NCBI RefSeq assembly: GCF_964355755.1
Contig: NC_092673.1
Span: 14,914,948-14,978,947, forward strand
Origin: Antedon mediterranea
Taxonomy: Eukaryota; Animalia; Echinodermata
Reading direction: 5' to 3'
Length of the DNA stretch: 64,000 nt
The notes under the pieces are model-generated. The model was given only the letters and a program-made list of their open reading frames with translations. It ran no database searches and was not told the DNA's origin. Below, in pieces: positions 37,301 through 50,856 of this stretch. The position numbers were made by a program, and so were the translations under genes. Each line of letters opens with the position of its first letter. Position 1 is the stretch's first letter.

Positions 37301-40300
37301 TATTTTATCGCTACAATACTGGTGAAAATATGAACAGTAATAATAGTTACTGGTTTCTTGTAATTCTACATACGGGGAACTAGCTCAGACGGTAGAGCGT
37401 TCGCTTAGCATATGAGAGGTACCGTGATCATGAATGCCCGGGTTCTCCAATAACGTTGGTTAAAGTTTATTTCCGTTACTGTTACATTTTTTGAGATTTT
37501 TAACTACTGTATATATTTCATCGCAACAATACTGGTGACAATATGAACAGTAACAAAATAGCTACTGGATTCGTGTAATTGTATAGATGGGGAACTAGCT
37601 CAGATGGTAGAGCGCTCGCTTAGCATGTGAGAGGTACCGGGATCAATGCCCGGGTTCTCCAATAATGTTGGTTAAAGTTTATTTTCGGTACTGTCAAATT
37701 TTTTGAGATTTTAAACTACTGTATATATTTTATCACATCAATACTGGTGACAATATGAAGATTAATAAAATATCTACTGGTTTCGTGCAATTGTATATAT
37801 TGGGAACTAGCTCAGATGGTAGAGCGCTCACTTCGCATTTGAGAGGTACCGGGATAAATGCCCGGGTTCTCCAATAATGTTGGTTAAAGTTTATTATCGT
37901 TACCGTTACATTTTTTTGATGAGATTTTTAACTAATGTATATATTTCATCGTATTAATACTGGTGACAATATGAACAGTAACAAAATAGCTACAGTATTC
38001 GTGTAATTGTATAGATGGGGAACTAGCTCAGATGGTAGAGCGCTCACTTTGCATGTGAGAGGTACCAGGATCAATACCCGGGTTCTCCAATAATGTTGGT
38101 TAAAGTTTATTACCGGTACTGTTACATTTTTTTGATGAGATTTTTAAATAATGTATATATTTCATCGTAATAATACTGGTGACAATATGAACAGTAACAA
38201 AATAGCTACTGGATTCGTGTAATTGTATAGATGGGGAACTAGCTCAGATGGTAGAGCGCTCGCTTAGCATGTTAGAGGTACCGGGATCAATGCCCGCGTT
38301 CTCCAATAATGTTGGTTAAAGTTTATTTTCGGTACTGTCAAATTTTTTGAGATTTTAAACTACTGTATATATTTTATCGCATCAATACTGGTGACAATAT
38401 GAAGATTAATAAAATATCTACTGGTTTCGTGCAATTGTATATATTGGGAACTAGCTCAGATGGTAGAGCGCTCACTTCGCATTTCAGACGTACCGTGATA
38501 AATGCCCGGGTTCTCCAATAATGTTGGTTAAAGTTTATTATCGTTACCGTTACATTTTTTTGATGAGATTTTTAACTAATGTATATATTTCATCGTAATA
38601 ATACTGGTGACAATATGAACAGTAACAAAATAGCTACAGGATTCGTGTAATTGTATAGATGGGGAACTAGCTCAGATGGTAGAGCGCTCGCTTAGCATGT
38701 GAGATGTACCGGGTTCTCCAATAATGTTGGTTAAAGTTTATTTCCGGTACTGTAAAATTTTTTGAGATTTTAAACTACCGTATATATTTTATCGCATCAA
38801 TACTGGTGACAATAATGAAGATTAATAAAATATCTACTGGTTTCGTGCAATTGTATATATTGGGAAGTAGCTCAGATGGTAGATCGCTCGCTTCGCATTT
38901 GAGAGGTACCGGGATCAATGCCCGGGTTCTCCAGTAATGTTGGTTAAAGTTTATTATCGTTACCGTTACATTTTTTTGATGAGATTTTTAACTAATGTAT
39001 TTATTTCATCGTAATAATACTGGTGACAATATGAACAGTAACAAAATAGCTACTGGATTCGTGTAATTGTATAGATGGGGAACTAGCTCAGATTGTAGAG
39101 CGCTCACTTCGCATTTGAGAGGTACCGGGATAAATGCCCGGGTTCTCCAATAATGTTGGTTAAAGTTTATTATCGTTACCGTTACATTTTTTTGATGAGA
39201 TTTTTAACTAATGTATATATTTCATCGTCATAATACTGGTGACAATATGAACAGTAACAAAATAGCTACAGGATTCGTGTAATTGTATAGATGGGGAACT
39301 AGCTCAGATGGTAGAGCGCTCGCTTTGCATGTGAGAGGTACCGGGATCAATGCCCGGGTTCTCCAATAATGTTGGTTAAAGTTTATTACCGGTACTGTTA
39401 CATTTTTTTTATGAGATTTTAAACTACTGTATATATTTTATCGCATCAATACTGGTGACAATATGAAGATTAATAAAATATCTACTGGTTTCGTGCCATT
39501 GTATACATATATGGGGAACTAGCTCAGATGGTAGAGCGCTCGCTTTGCATGTGAGAGGTACCGTGATCAATGCCCGGGTTCTCCAATAATGTTGGTTAAA
39601 GTTTATTACCGGTATTGTTACATTTTTTTGCTGAGATTTTTAACTAATGTATATATTTCATTGTAATAATACTGGTTACAATATGAACAGTAACAAAATA
39701 GCTACTGGATTCGTGTAATTGTATAGATGGGGAACTAGCTCAGATGGTAGAGCGCTCGCTTTGCATGTGAGAGGTACCGGGATCAATGCCGGGGTTCTCC
39801 AATAATGTTGGTTAAAGTTTATTACCGGTACTGTTACATTTTTTTGATGAGATTTTTAACTACTAAATATATTTTATCGTAATAATTTTTAACTAATGTA
39901 TTTATTTCATCGTAATAATATTGGTGACAATATGAACAGTAACAAAATAGCTACTGGATTCGTGTAATTGTATAGATGGGGAACTAGCTCAGATGGTAGA
40001 GCGCTCGCTTTGCATGTGAGAGGTACCGGGATCAATGCCCGGGTTCTCCAATAATGTTGGTTAAAGTTTATTTTCGGTAATGTTACATTTTTGCCTGAGA
40101 TTTGTAACTACTATATATATTTTATCGCAACAATACTGGTGAAAATATGAACAGTAATAATAGTTACTGGTTTCTTGTAATTCTACATACGGGGAACTAG
40201 CTCAGACGGTAGAGCGTTCGCTTAGCATATGAGAGGTACCGTGATCATGAATGCCCGGGTTCTCCAATAACGTTGGTTAAAGTTTATTTCCGTTACTGTT

Positions 40301-43300
40301 ACATTTTTTTGCTGAGATTTTTAACTAATGTATATATTTCATCGTAATAATACTGGTGACAATATGAACAGTAACAAAATAGCTACTGGATTCGTGTAAT
40401 TGTATAGATGGTGAACTAGCTCAGATTGTAGAGCGCTCACTTCGCATTTGAGAGGTACCGGGATAAATGCCCGGGTTCTCCAATAATGTTGGTTAAAGTT
40501 TATTATCGTTACCGTTACATTTTTTTGATGAGATTTTTAACTAATGTATATATTTCATCGTCATAATACTGGTGACAATATGAACAGTAACAAAATAGCT
40601 ACAGGATTCGTGTAATTGTATAGATGGGGAACTAGCTCAGATGGTAGAGCGCTCGCTTTGCATGTGAGAGGTACCGGGATCAATGCCCGGGTTCTCCAAT
40701 AATGTTGGTTAAAGTTTATTACCGGTACTGTTACATTTTTTTTATGAGATTTTTAACTACTATATATATTTTATCGCAACAATACTGGTGACAATATGAA
40801 AAATAACAAAATAGCTACTGGATTCGTGTAATTGTATAGATGGGGAACTAGCTCAGATGGTAGAGCGCTCGCTTAGCATGTGAGATGTACCGGGATAAAT
40901 GCCCTGGTTCTCCAGTAATGTTGGTTAAAGTTTATTATCGTTACCGTTACATTTTTTTGATGAGATTTTTAACTAATGTATTTATTTCATCGTAATAATA
41001 CTGGTGACAATATTAACAGTAACAAAATAGCTACTGGATTCGTGTAATTGTATAGATGGGGAACTAGCTCAGAAGGTAGAGCGCTCGCTTTGCATGTGAG
41101 AGGTACGGGATCAATGCCCGGGTTCTCCAATAATGTTGGTTAAAGTTTATTTTCGGTAATGTTACATTTTTGCCTGAGATTTTTAACTACTATATATATT
41201 TTATCGCTACAATACTGGTGAAAATATGAACAGTAATAATAGTTACTGGTTTCTTGTAATTCTACATACGGGGAACTAGCTCAGACGGTAGAGCGTTCGC
41301 TTAGCATATGAGAGGTACCGTGATCATGAATGCCCGGGTTCTCCAATAACGTTGGTTAAAGTTTATTTCCGTTACTGTTACATTTTTTGAGATTTTTAAC
41401 TACTGTATATATTTCATCGCAACAATACTGGTGACAATATGAACAGTAACAAAATAGCTACTGGATTCGTGTAATTGTATAGATGGGGAACTAGCTCAGA
41501 TGGTAGAGCGCTCGCTTAGCATGTGAGAGGTACCGGGATCAATGCCCGGGTTCTCCAATAATGTTGGTTAAAGTTTATTTTCGGTACTGTCAAATTTTTT
41601 GAGATTTTAAACTACTGTATATATTTTATCACATCAATACTGGTGACAATATGAAGATTAATAAAATATCTACTGGTTTCGTGCAATTGTATATATTGGG
41701 AACTAGCTCAGATGGTAGAGCGCTCACTTCGCATTTGAGAGGTACCGGGATAAATGCCCGGGTTCTCCAATAATGTTGGTTAAAGTTTATTATCGTTACC
41801 GTTACATTTTTTTGATGAGATTTTTAACTAATGTATATATTTCATCGTATTAATACTGGTGACAATATGAACAGTAACAAAATAGCTACAGTATTCGTGT
41901 AATTGTATAGATGGGGAACTAGCTCAGATGGTAGAGCGCTCACTTTGCATGTGAGAGGTACCAGGATCAATACCCGGGTTCTCCAATAATGTTGGTTAAA
42001 GTTTATTACCGGTACTGTTACATTTTTTTGATGAGATTTTTAAATAATGTATATATTTCATCGTAATAATACTGGTGACAATATGAACAGTAACAAAATA
42101 GCTACTGGATTCGTGTAATTGTATAGATGGGGAACTAGCTCAGATGGTAGAGCGCTCGCTTAGCATGTTAGAGGTACCGGGATCAATGCCCGCGTTCTCC
42201 AATAATGTTGGTTAAAGTTTATTTTCGGTACTGTCAAATTTTTTGAGATTTTAAACTACTGTATATATTTTATCGCATCAATACTGGTGACAATATGAAG
42301 ATTAATAAAATATCTACTGGTTTCGTGCAATTGTATATATTGGGAACTAGCTCAGATGGTAGAGCGCTCACTTCGCATTTCAGACGTACCGTGATAAATG
42401 CCCGGGTTCTCCAATAATGTTGGTTAAAGTTTATTATCGTTACCGTTACATTTTTTTGATGAGATTTTTAACTAATGTATATATTTCATCGTAATAATAC
42501 TGGTGACAATATGAACAGTAACAAAATAGCTACAGGATTCGTGTAATTGTATAGATGGGGAACTAGCTCAGATGGTAGAGCGCTCGCTTAGCATGTGAGA
42601 TGTACCGGGTTCTCCAATAATGTTGGTTAAAGTTTATTTCCGGTACTGTAAAATTTTTTGAGATTTTAAACTACCGTATATATTTTATCGCATCAATACT
42701 GGTGACAATAATGAAGATTAATAAAATATCTACTGGTTTCGTGCAATTGTATATATTGGGAAGTAGCTCAGATGGTAGATCGCTCGCTTCGCATTTGAGA
42801 GGTACCGGGATCAATGCCCGGGTTCTCCAGTAATGTTGGTTAAAGTTTATTATCGTTACCGTTACATTTTTTTGATGAGATTTTTAACTAATGTATTTAT
42901 TTCATCGTAATAATACTGGTGACAATATGAACAGTAACAAAATAGCTACTGGATTCGTGTAATTGTATAGATGGGGAACTAGCTCAGATTGTAGAGCGCT
43001 CACTTCGCATTTGAGAGGTACCGGGATAAATGCCCGGGTTCTCCAATAATGTTGGTTAAAGTTTATTATCGTTACCGTTACATTTTTTTGATGAGATTTT
43101 TAACTAATGTATATATTTCATCGTCATAATACTGGTGACAATATGAACAGTAACAAAATAGCTACAGGATTCGTGTAATTGTATAGATGGGGAACTAGCT
43201 CAGATGGTAGAGCGCTCGCTTTGCATGTGAGAGGTACCGGGATCAATGCCCGGGTTCTCCAATAATGTTGGTTAAAGTTTATTACCGGTACTGTTACATT

Positions 43301-46300
43301 TTTTTTATGAGATTTTTAACTACTATATATATTTTATCGCAACAATACTGGTGACAATATGAAAAATAACAAAATAGCTACTGGATTCGTGTAATTGTAT
43401 AGATGGGGAACTAGCTCAGATGGTAGAGCGCTCGCTTAGCATGTGAGATGTACCGGGTTCTCCAATAATGTTGATTAAAGTTTATTTCCGGTACTGTCAA
43501 ATTTTTTGAGATTTTAAACTACTGTATATATTTTATCGCATCAATACTGGTGACAATATGAAGATTAATAAAATATCTACTGGTTTCGTGCCATTGTATA
43601 CATATATGGGGAACTAGCTCAGATGGTAGAGCGCTCGCTTTGCATGTGAGAGGTACCGTGATCAATGCCCGGGTTCTCCAATAATGTTGGTTAAAGTTTA
43701 TTACCGGTATTGTTACATTTTTTTGCTGAGATTTTTAACTAATGTATATATTTCATTGTAATAATACTGGTTACAATATGAACAGTAACAAAATAGCTAC
43801 TGGATTCGTGTAATTGTATAGATGGGGAACTAGCTCAGATGGTAGAGCGCTCGCTTTGCATGTGAGAGGTACCGGGATCAATGCCGGGGTTCTCCAATAA
43901 TGTTGGTTAAAGTTTATTACCGGTACTGTTACATTTTTTTGATGAGATTTTTAACTACTAAATATATTTTATCGTAATAATTTTTAACTAATGTATTTAT
44001 TTCATCGTAATAATATTGGTGACAATATGAACAGTAACAAAATAGCTACTGGATTCGTGTAATTGTATAGATGGGGAACTAGCTCAGATGGTAGAGCGCT
44101 CGCTTTGCATGTGAGAGGTACCGGGATCAATGCCCGGGTTCTCCAATAATGTTGGTTAAAGTTTATTTTCGGTAATGTTACATTTTTGCCTGAGATTTGT
44201 AACTACTATATATATTTTATCGCAACAATACTGGTGAAAATATGAACAGTAATAATAGTTACTGGTTTCTTGTAATTCTACATACGGGGAACTAGCTCAG
44301 ACGGTAGAGCGTTCGCTTAGCATATGAGAGGTACCGTGATCATGAATGCCCGGGTTCTCCAATAACGTTGGTTAAAGTTTATTTCCGTTACTGTTACATT
44401 TTTTTGCTGAGATTTTTAACTAATGTATATATTTCATCGTAATAATACTGGTGACAATATGAACAGTAACAAAATAGCTACTGGATTCGTGTAATTGTAT
44501 AGATGGTGAACTAGCTCAGATTGTAGAGCGCTCACTTCGCATTTGAGAGGTACCGGGATAAATGCCCGGGTTCTCCAATAATGTTGGTTAAAGTTTATTA
44601 TCGTTACCGTTACATTTTTTTGATGAGATTTTTAACTAATGTATATATTTCATCGTCATAATACTGGTGACAATATGAACAGTAACAAAATAGCTACAGG
44701 ATTCGTGTAATTGTATAGATGGGGAACTAGCTCAGATGGTAGAGCGCTCGCTTTGCATGTGAGAGGTACCGGGATCAATGCCCGGGTTCTCCAATAATGT
44801 TGGTTAAAGTTTATTACCGGTACTGTTACATTTTTTTTATGAGATTTTTAACTACTATATATATTTTATCGCAACAATACTGGTGACAATATGAAAAATA
44901 ACAAAATAGCTACTGGATTCGTGTAATTGTATAGATGGGGAACTAGCTCAGATGGTAGAGCGCTCGCTTAGCATGTGAGATGTACCGGGTTCTCCAATAA
45001 TGTTGGTTAAAGTTTATTTCCGGTACTGTCAAATTTTTTGAGATTTTAAACTACTGTATATATTTTATCGCATCAATACTGGTGACAATATGAAGATTAA
45101 TAAAATATCTACTGGTTTCGTGCAATTGTATACATATATGGGGAACTAGCTCAGATGGTAGAGCGCTCGCTTTGCATGTGAGAGGTACCGTGATCAATGC
45201 CCGGGTTCTCCAATAATGTTGGTTAAAGTTTATTACCGGTATTGTTACATTTTTTTGCTGAGATTTTTAACTAATGTATATATTTCATTGTAATAATACT
45301 GGTTACAATATGAACAGTAACAAAATAGCTACTGGATTCGTGTAATTGTATAGATGGGGAACTAGCTCAGATGGTAGAGCGCTCGCTTTGCATGTTAGAG
45401 GTACCGGGATCAATGCCGGGGTTCTCCAATAATGTTGGTTAAAGTTTATTACCGGTACTGTTACATTTTTTTGATGAGATTTTTAACTACTAAATATATT
45501 TCATCGTAATAATTTTTAACTAATGTATTTATTTCATCGTAATAATACTGGTGACAATATGAACAGTAACAAAATAGCTACTGGATTCGTGTAATTGTAT
45601 AGATGGGGAACTAGCTCAGATGGTAGAGCGCTCGCTTTGCATGTGAGAGGTACCGGGATCAATGCCCGGGTTCTCCAATAATGTTGGTTAAAGTTTATTT
45701 TCGGTAATGTTACATTTTTGCCTGAGATTTTTAACTACTATATATATTTTATCGCAACAATACTGGTGAAAATATGAACAGTAATAATAGTTACTGGTTT
45801 CTTGTAATTCTACATACGGGGAACTAGCTCAGACGGTAGAGCGTTCGCTTAGCATATGAGAGGTACCGTGATCATGAATGCCCGGGTTCTCCAATAACGT
45901 TGGTTAAAGTTTATTTCCGTTACTGTTACATTTTTTGAGATTTTTAACTACTGTATATATTTCATCGCAACAATACTGGTGACAATATGAACAGTAACAA
46001 AATAGCTACTGGATTCGTGTAATTGTATAGATGGGGAACTAGCTCAGATGGTAGAGCGCTCGCTTAGCATGTGAGAGGTACCGGGATCAATGCCCGGGTT
46101 CTCCAATAATGTTGGTTAAAGTTTATTTTCGGTACTGTCAAATTTTTTGAGATTTTAAACTACTGTATATATTTTATCGCATCAATACTGGTGACAATAT
46201 GAAGATTAATAAAATATCTACTGGTTTCGTGCAATTGTATATATTGGGAACTAGCTCAGATGGTAGAGCGCTCACTTCGCATTTGAGAGGTACCGGGATA

Positions 46301-46650
46301 AATGCCCGGGTTCTCCAATAATGTTGGTTAAAGTTTATTATCGTTACCGTTACATTTTTTTGATGAGATTTTTAACTAATGTATATATTTCATCGTAATA
46401 ATACTGGTGACAATATGAACAGTAACAAAATAGCTACAGTATTCGTGTAATTGTATAGATGGGGAACTAGCTCAGATGGTAGAGCGCTCGCTTTGCATGT
46501 GAGAGGTACCGGGATCAATGCCCGGGTTCTCCAATAATGTTGGTTAAAGTTTATTACCGGTACTGTTACATTTTTTTGATGAGATTTTTAACTACTATAT
46601 ATATTTTATCGCAACAATACTGGTGACAATATGAAAAATAACAAAATAGC
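34388..46650 (+). repeat. tRNA-Ala tandem array segment (~57 units) with multi-kb higher-order duplications
   Basis: ~215-bp period; rare variants recur at ~2.3-kb and ~3.9-kb offsets. Confidence 0.95.
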
Positions 46651-46926
46651 TTTTTTTTTTCTCTTTTGTGGCGCAAACACCACTTTTATTCACATTCATA
46701 TTATCTCATATTACATAAAATCGTATTATTTAACTTGTAAATGTCGTTACAGTTCATAAGTAACATTTTTACATATATGAATTCTGTATTACTCCTTTTT
46801 TCATTAATTTTCTTATATTTTGTTTTACACTTGACAGGATCATCATTATCATCTATCCCGTTTTAAAATAGTTCACACATTTTCATTTGTTTGTTTTCAT
46901 TTTACAACCCGGATTATACAATATAT

Positions 46927-48227
46927 TTATATACATGATAAAAAAAACCAATAATAGCTCAGTACTACCAGTTTCCTCCAATATTTTTGAATAAATCTAT
47001 AACTAAAAAACAAATGATTTTCATTTTCAATTTCTCCACATTTGTCACACGTTTGTGTTACCTTAACTTTCCACTGATACAGCCGTTTGTTGGTAGGCAG
47101 TATTCTATGTAACATCTTATAATTGAATTATGCTAGTTTCTTATCTTTCATTTTACATACTTTCCGTAACCAAGAAGTTTTCAAATCAATGTTGTTATCA
47201 TTGAAGTACTCTTCCCATTTTAGTTGTGACATTGGAATAATGAAATATTCTTTCACAAACCATGAGTATATTAGTTTAGTAGTATTAATCTCATACTTGG
47301 TCCCAACTAATTCATCATTATCATCACAATTGAAAATATCTACCTCCTTAATAATACGTTTCCATTGAATTGGTATTGCCTTAATAATGCACAAATACTC
47401 ATTTAACCAGTTTGTTTTACATTGTAGTTTCACCAGTATTTCGTTTGATGTTAAAAAAGTGTTCTTATTAACAATGTCTTTAATACTGATAATGCCACTG
47501 TCAATCCAATGCTTGTAGAAAAGCGATTTTTTTTTTAGTTTAACGTAGTGGTTTCCCCACAGTTGGTCATTCATTATATCGTTATAAGTTTCAGGTTTTT
47601 TTTTAGAGATTCTGTTATAATTTATGTAGGCTTTTATCATATTTTTGTAAAACAGTGGAATTTTATCAGAATTAACATCAATAATGTTATAACATGACAT
47701 ATTAAGTAAAACATTAACATCACATATTTTTTTAATATAATACATTGGAATATTTTTCCATTTAGCACCATCATCATTCATAATTCTTTTTAACCAGCCA
47801 CACATGAGTGCGTTAACATGAAGAGTAAAATCAGGCATTTTAATGCCTCCCATCTCAACATCACCAATTAGAGTTTTTCTTTTTATCTTTTCCATTTTTT
47901 TGTTCCAAATAAAATTATATATTAGATTTGTAACTTGTGTATATACATATTTTGGAACATCAGTGATATTTGCAGCATATGTTAATTTAGATAGTGCAAG
48001 ACTTTTTAGGATTATTATTCTACCAAAAATTGAGAGATTTCTAGCATTCCATTGTTTTAAAGTCTTTTCTAGCTCTATTAATTTAACATCCCAGTTTTTT
48101 TCTGGTACATTCTTCTGTATTATACCCTACATATATGCCTAAAATTTTGATCAGGTGTTTTACCCAATTTAATTCTAAAGGTCTATCTATTCTGTTCTTC
48201 CATTTACCAATCCAAAAAGCATTGGTT
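46927..48227 (-). pseudogene. LINE ORF2 C-terminal part, frameshifted
   Basis: IKILGI, KIKRKTLIG..MGGIKMPDF, LWGN, HRILPTNKRL..W...CDKCGEIENENHLFF typical of L1/Tx1 ORF2 C-termini; split across frames. Confidence 0.85.
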
Positions 48228-48498
48228 TTTACTCGAGGTACCCGAGTCTAGGACTTACTCATTTTCTCCTCTTCTTCCTCCATCTGGACACTATTGAGTA
48301 AAAAGTGCGATTTTTAAAGTACTACTCCTCCCTTATTCGTTGTAGTATTGAGCTGGGATTTGGCATGAACATACTACAGGGACATGTCCTCAAAGCTATA
48401 GAGCCGGATTTTTAATTTTTTGTTAATTAATTTGTTTAATTAAGAATCCACAATGTGTGACACACACCACAGCGTTATGTAGTTATATGGTTATATGC

Positions 48499-48571
48499 GG
48501 ATTCTTGGCGTAGTGGTTATCACGTTTGCTTAACACGCAGAAGGTACCTGGTTCGAGCCCGGACGAAACCT
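48499..48571 (+). pseudogene. tRNA-Val(AAC)-derived sequence
   Basis: TAGTGGTTATCACG...CTTAACACGCAG...GGTTCGAGCCC; acceptor stem mismatched; T run follows. Confidence 0.7.
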
Positions 48572-48784
48572 TTTTTTTAAACGTTATGGTGAAAAGTACT
48601 CTATACGCAATATGATAATTATACACAGTATATCTTATTTTTATTATTTTTTTAAATACTTATTTTGTGTAATCGGTAATTATCACTTTTACACATGTTT
48701 ATTTTTCTTTGTGCTTATTACCATATTTATTTGTAATTTAAATGGATTAAAAAACTTTCTGTAACCCACATTTTTAGTGTAAGT

Positions 48785-48857
48785 GGTTTTCGTAGTGTAG
48801 TGGTTGTCAAGTCTGCTTAACACGCAGAAGGTCCCGGTTCGAGCCTTGGCGAAACCT
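48785..48857 (+). pseudogene. tRNA-Val(AAC)-derived sequence
   Basis: GGTTTTCGTAGTGTAGTGGTT...TCTGC-TTAACAC-GCAGA...GGTTCGAGCC...CGAAACC. Confidence 0.75.
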
Positions 48858-49018
48858 CGGGTTTCTTTTACTTTATGGTGAAATAACTGTATACGTCTGT
48901 ATACAGCTTCTTTCGCTGTACCCCGAGTATTGCACATTCGTGCTTTTTTGTTAATTAATTTGTTTAATTAAGAAGCCACAATGTGTGACACACACCACAG
49001 CGTTATGTAGTTATATGC

Positions 49019-49091
49019 GGCTTCTTGGCGTAGTGGTTATCACGTTTGCTCAATACGCAGAAGGTACCTGGTTCGAGCCCGGGCTAAACCT
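49019..49091 (+). pseudogene. tRNA-Val-derived sequence, degenerate anticodon loop
   Basis: Duplicate of 48499-48571 with loop TCAATAC. Confidence 0.65.
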
Positions 49092-49300
49092 TTTTTTTAA
49101 AACTTTATGGTGAAAAGTACTGTATACGCAATATGATAATTATACACAGTATATCTTATTATTATTTTTTAAAATACTTATTTTGTGTAATCGGTAATTA
49201 TCACTTTTACACATGTTTATTTTGCTTTGTGCTTATTACCATTTATTTGTAATTTAAATGGATTAAAAAACTTTCTGTAACCCACAATTTTAATGTAAGA

Positions 49301-49372
49301 GGTTTCGTAGTGTAGTCGTTGTCAAGTCTGCTTAACACGCAGAAGGTCCCGGTTCGAGCCCTGGCGAAACCT
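49301..49372 (+). pseudogene. tRNA-Val(AAC)-like sequence, best preserved copy
   Basis: Perfect acceptor stem GGTTTCG/CGAAACC and anticodon stem TCTGC/GCAGA; D and T arms imperfect; T5 downstream. Confidence 0.75.
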
Positions 49373-49452
49373 ATTTTTCTTTAACTTTCTAACTGTATAC
49401 GTCTGTATACAGCTTCTTTCGCTGTACCCCGAGTATTGCACATTCGTGCTTG

Positions 49453-50424
49453 TTTTTTTTATTTAGTGTCATTCCAGATACTTCACAAAAACGTTCAATT
49501 ACACTGACTGCTGACTTAATACTTTTGTCATTACCAACATACAAAACAGTATCATCGGCTAATTGGCTTATTCTAGCTTCTATGTTATTTTCATTATTTG
49601 GAAGTTTAATACCCTTATAGTCATCTTTGTTTCTTATTCTAAATGCCATTACTTCAACCACTAAAATGAATAACAGACCAGATAGAGGACAACCTTGTCT
49701 AATACCTCTTTCCATTTTAAAATTGTTTGAAACCCAACCATTGTTAACTGTGACACATTCAACGTTATTGTATAATACTTTTACCCAGTTACAAAAGAAC
49801 ATTCCAAAGTTAAACTTTTCTAGAACATTGAATATAAAATCTCTACTAATAGAGTCAAAAGCCTTCTTAAAATCTACGGTAATTATTGCCCCTTCGATAT
49901 CATTACACTCTGTATAATAAAGCAGGTCTTCTATTAACCGAATGTTTTCACCAGCGAAACGGCCTTTTATATAACCTTTTTGGTCTGAACTTACTATTGA
50001 TTTAATAACCATTTTAAGTCTGTTACTTAATACATGTGCAAGAATTTTGTAATCGGTGTTTAAGAGGGTAATGGGACGCCAATTATTCAAATTTTCTCTT
50101 TCTCCATCCTTGAACAAAATGGTGATTACACGTCGTTTTTGCGAAAAGGATAATTCTTGAGAATTATAACTTTCATTTAACGCATCGCAAATCAAATGTT
50201 TAATATTATTCCAAAAGAACACATAAAATTCAACACTTAGACCATCCGATCCAGGTGTTTTATTTTTTTCCATCATTGAAATGGCCTTTTTACATTCATC
50301 AATAGTGACGTAACCTTCACAATTTTCTTTTTCTATTTCTGAAAGCTTGTTTATAATAGAATTACAAGGGTATTTATTAATTTTTCCAGGGTTTATAACA
50401 TTTTTTGCGTATAAACCTTTTGAA
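49453..50424 (-). pseudogene. LINE ORF2 reverse transcriptase domain (N-terminal fragment)
   Basis: Motifs KTPGSDGL, WRPITLLNTDYKI, DFKKAFDSI, GIRQGCPLSGLLF, QLADDT; frame continues across the insertion (SGMTLNKK|TNAFWIGKW). Confidence 0.92.
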
Positions 50425-50856
50425 GATTTTAAACTACTGTATATATTTTATCTCAAAAATACTGGTGACAATATGAAGATTAATAAAATAGTTACTGGTT
50501 TCGTGCAATTGTATATATGGGGGAATAGCTCAGATGTTAGAGCGCTCGCTTAGCATGTGAGAGGTACCGGGATCAATGCCCGTGTTCTCCAATAATGTTG
50601 GTTAAAGTTTATTTCCGGTATTGTTACATTCTTGGCTTAGATTTTTAACTACTAGGCCTATATATAATTTTATCGCAAATATACTGGTGACAATATGAAG
50701 ATTAATCAAATATCTACTGGTTTTGTGCAGTATTGTATATATGGGGAACTAGCTCAGATGGTAGAGCGCTCGCTTAGCATGTGAGAGGTACCGGGATCAA
50801 TGCTCAGGTTCTCCAATAATGTTGGTTAAAGTTTATTTCCGGTACTGTTACATTTT
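50425..50856 (+). repeat. tRNA-Ala array segment (2 AGC-type copies, mutated)
   Basis: tRNA-like sequences starting at about 50519 and 50743. Confidence 0.9.

Larger units (their letters stand above)
48228..49452 (+). mobile_element. HINE/DINE-1-like non-autonomous Helentron inserted into a T run of the LINE; 3' ~520 bp duplicated in tandem
   Basis: 5' TACTCGAGGTAC subTIR within palindrome ACTCGAGGTACCCGAGT, then pyrimidine microsatellite; 3' GTACCCCGAGTA subTIR, GCAC-ATTC-GTGC hairpin, TTG-TTTT end; a first 3' end at ~48915-48948; no TSD. Confidence 0.8.
46651..50424 (-). mobile_element. 5'-truncated non-LTR retrotransposon, L1/Tx1 clade
   Basis: Poly(A) tail (T10 at 46651-46660) preceded by AATAAA; RT ORF2 fragments; C-terminal Cys/His motif remnant; no endonuclease or ORF1 part present. 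Confidence 0.9.

Noticed and set aside
47123-49917. Plus-strand ORFs 47123-47368, 47843-48142, 49627-49917
   Set aside because: Antisense shadows of the LINE ORF2
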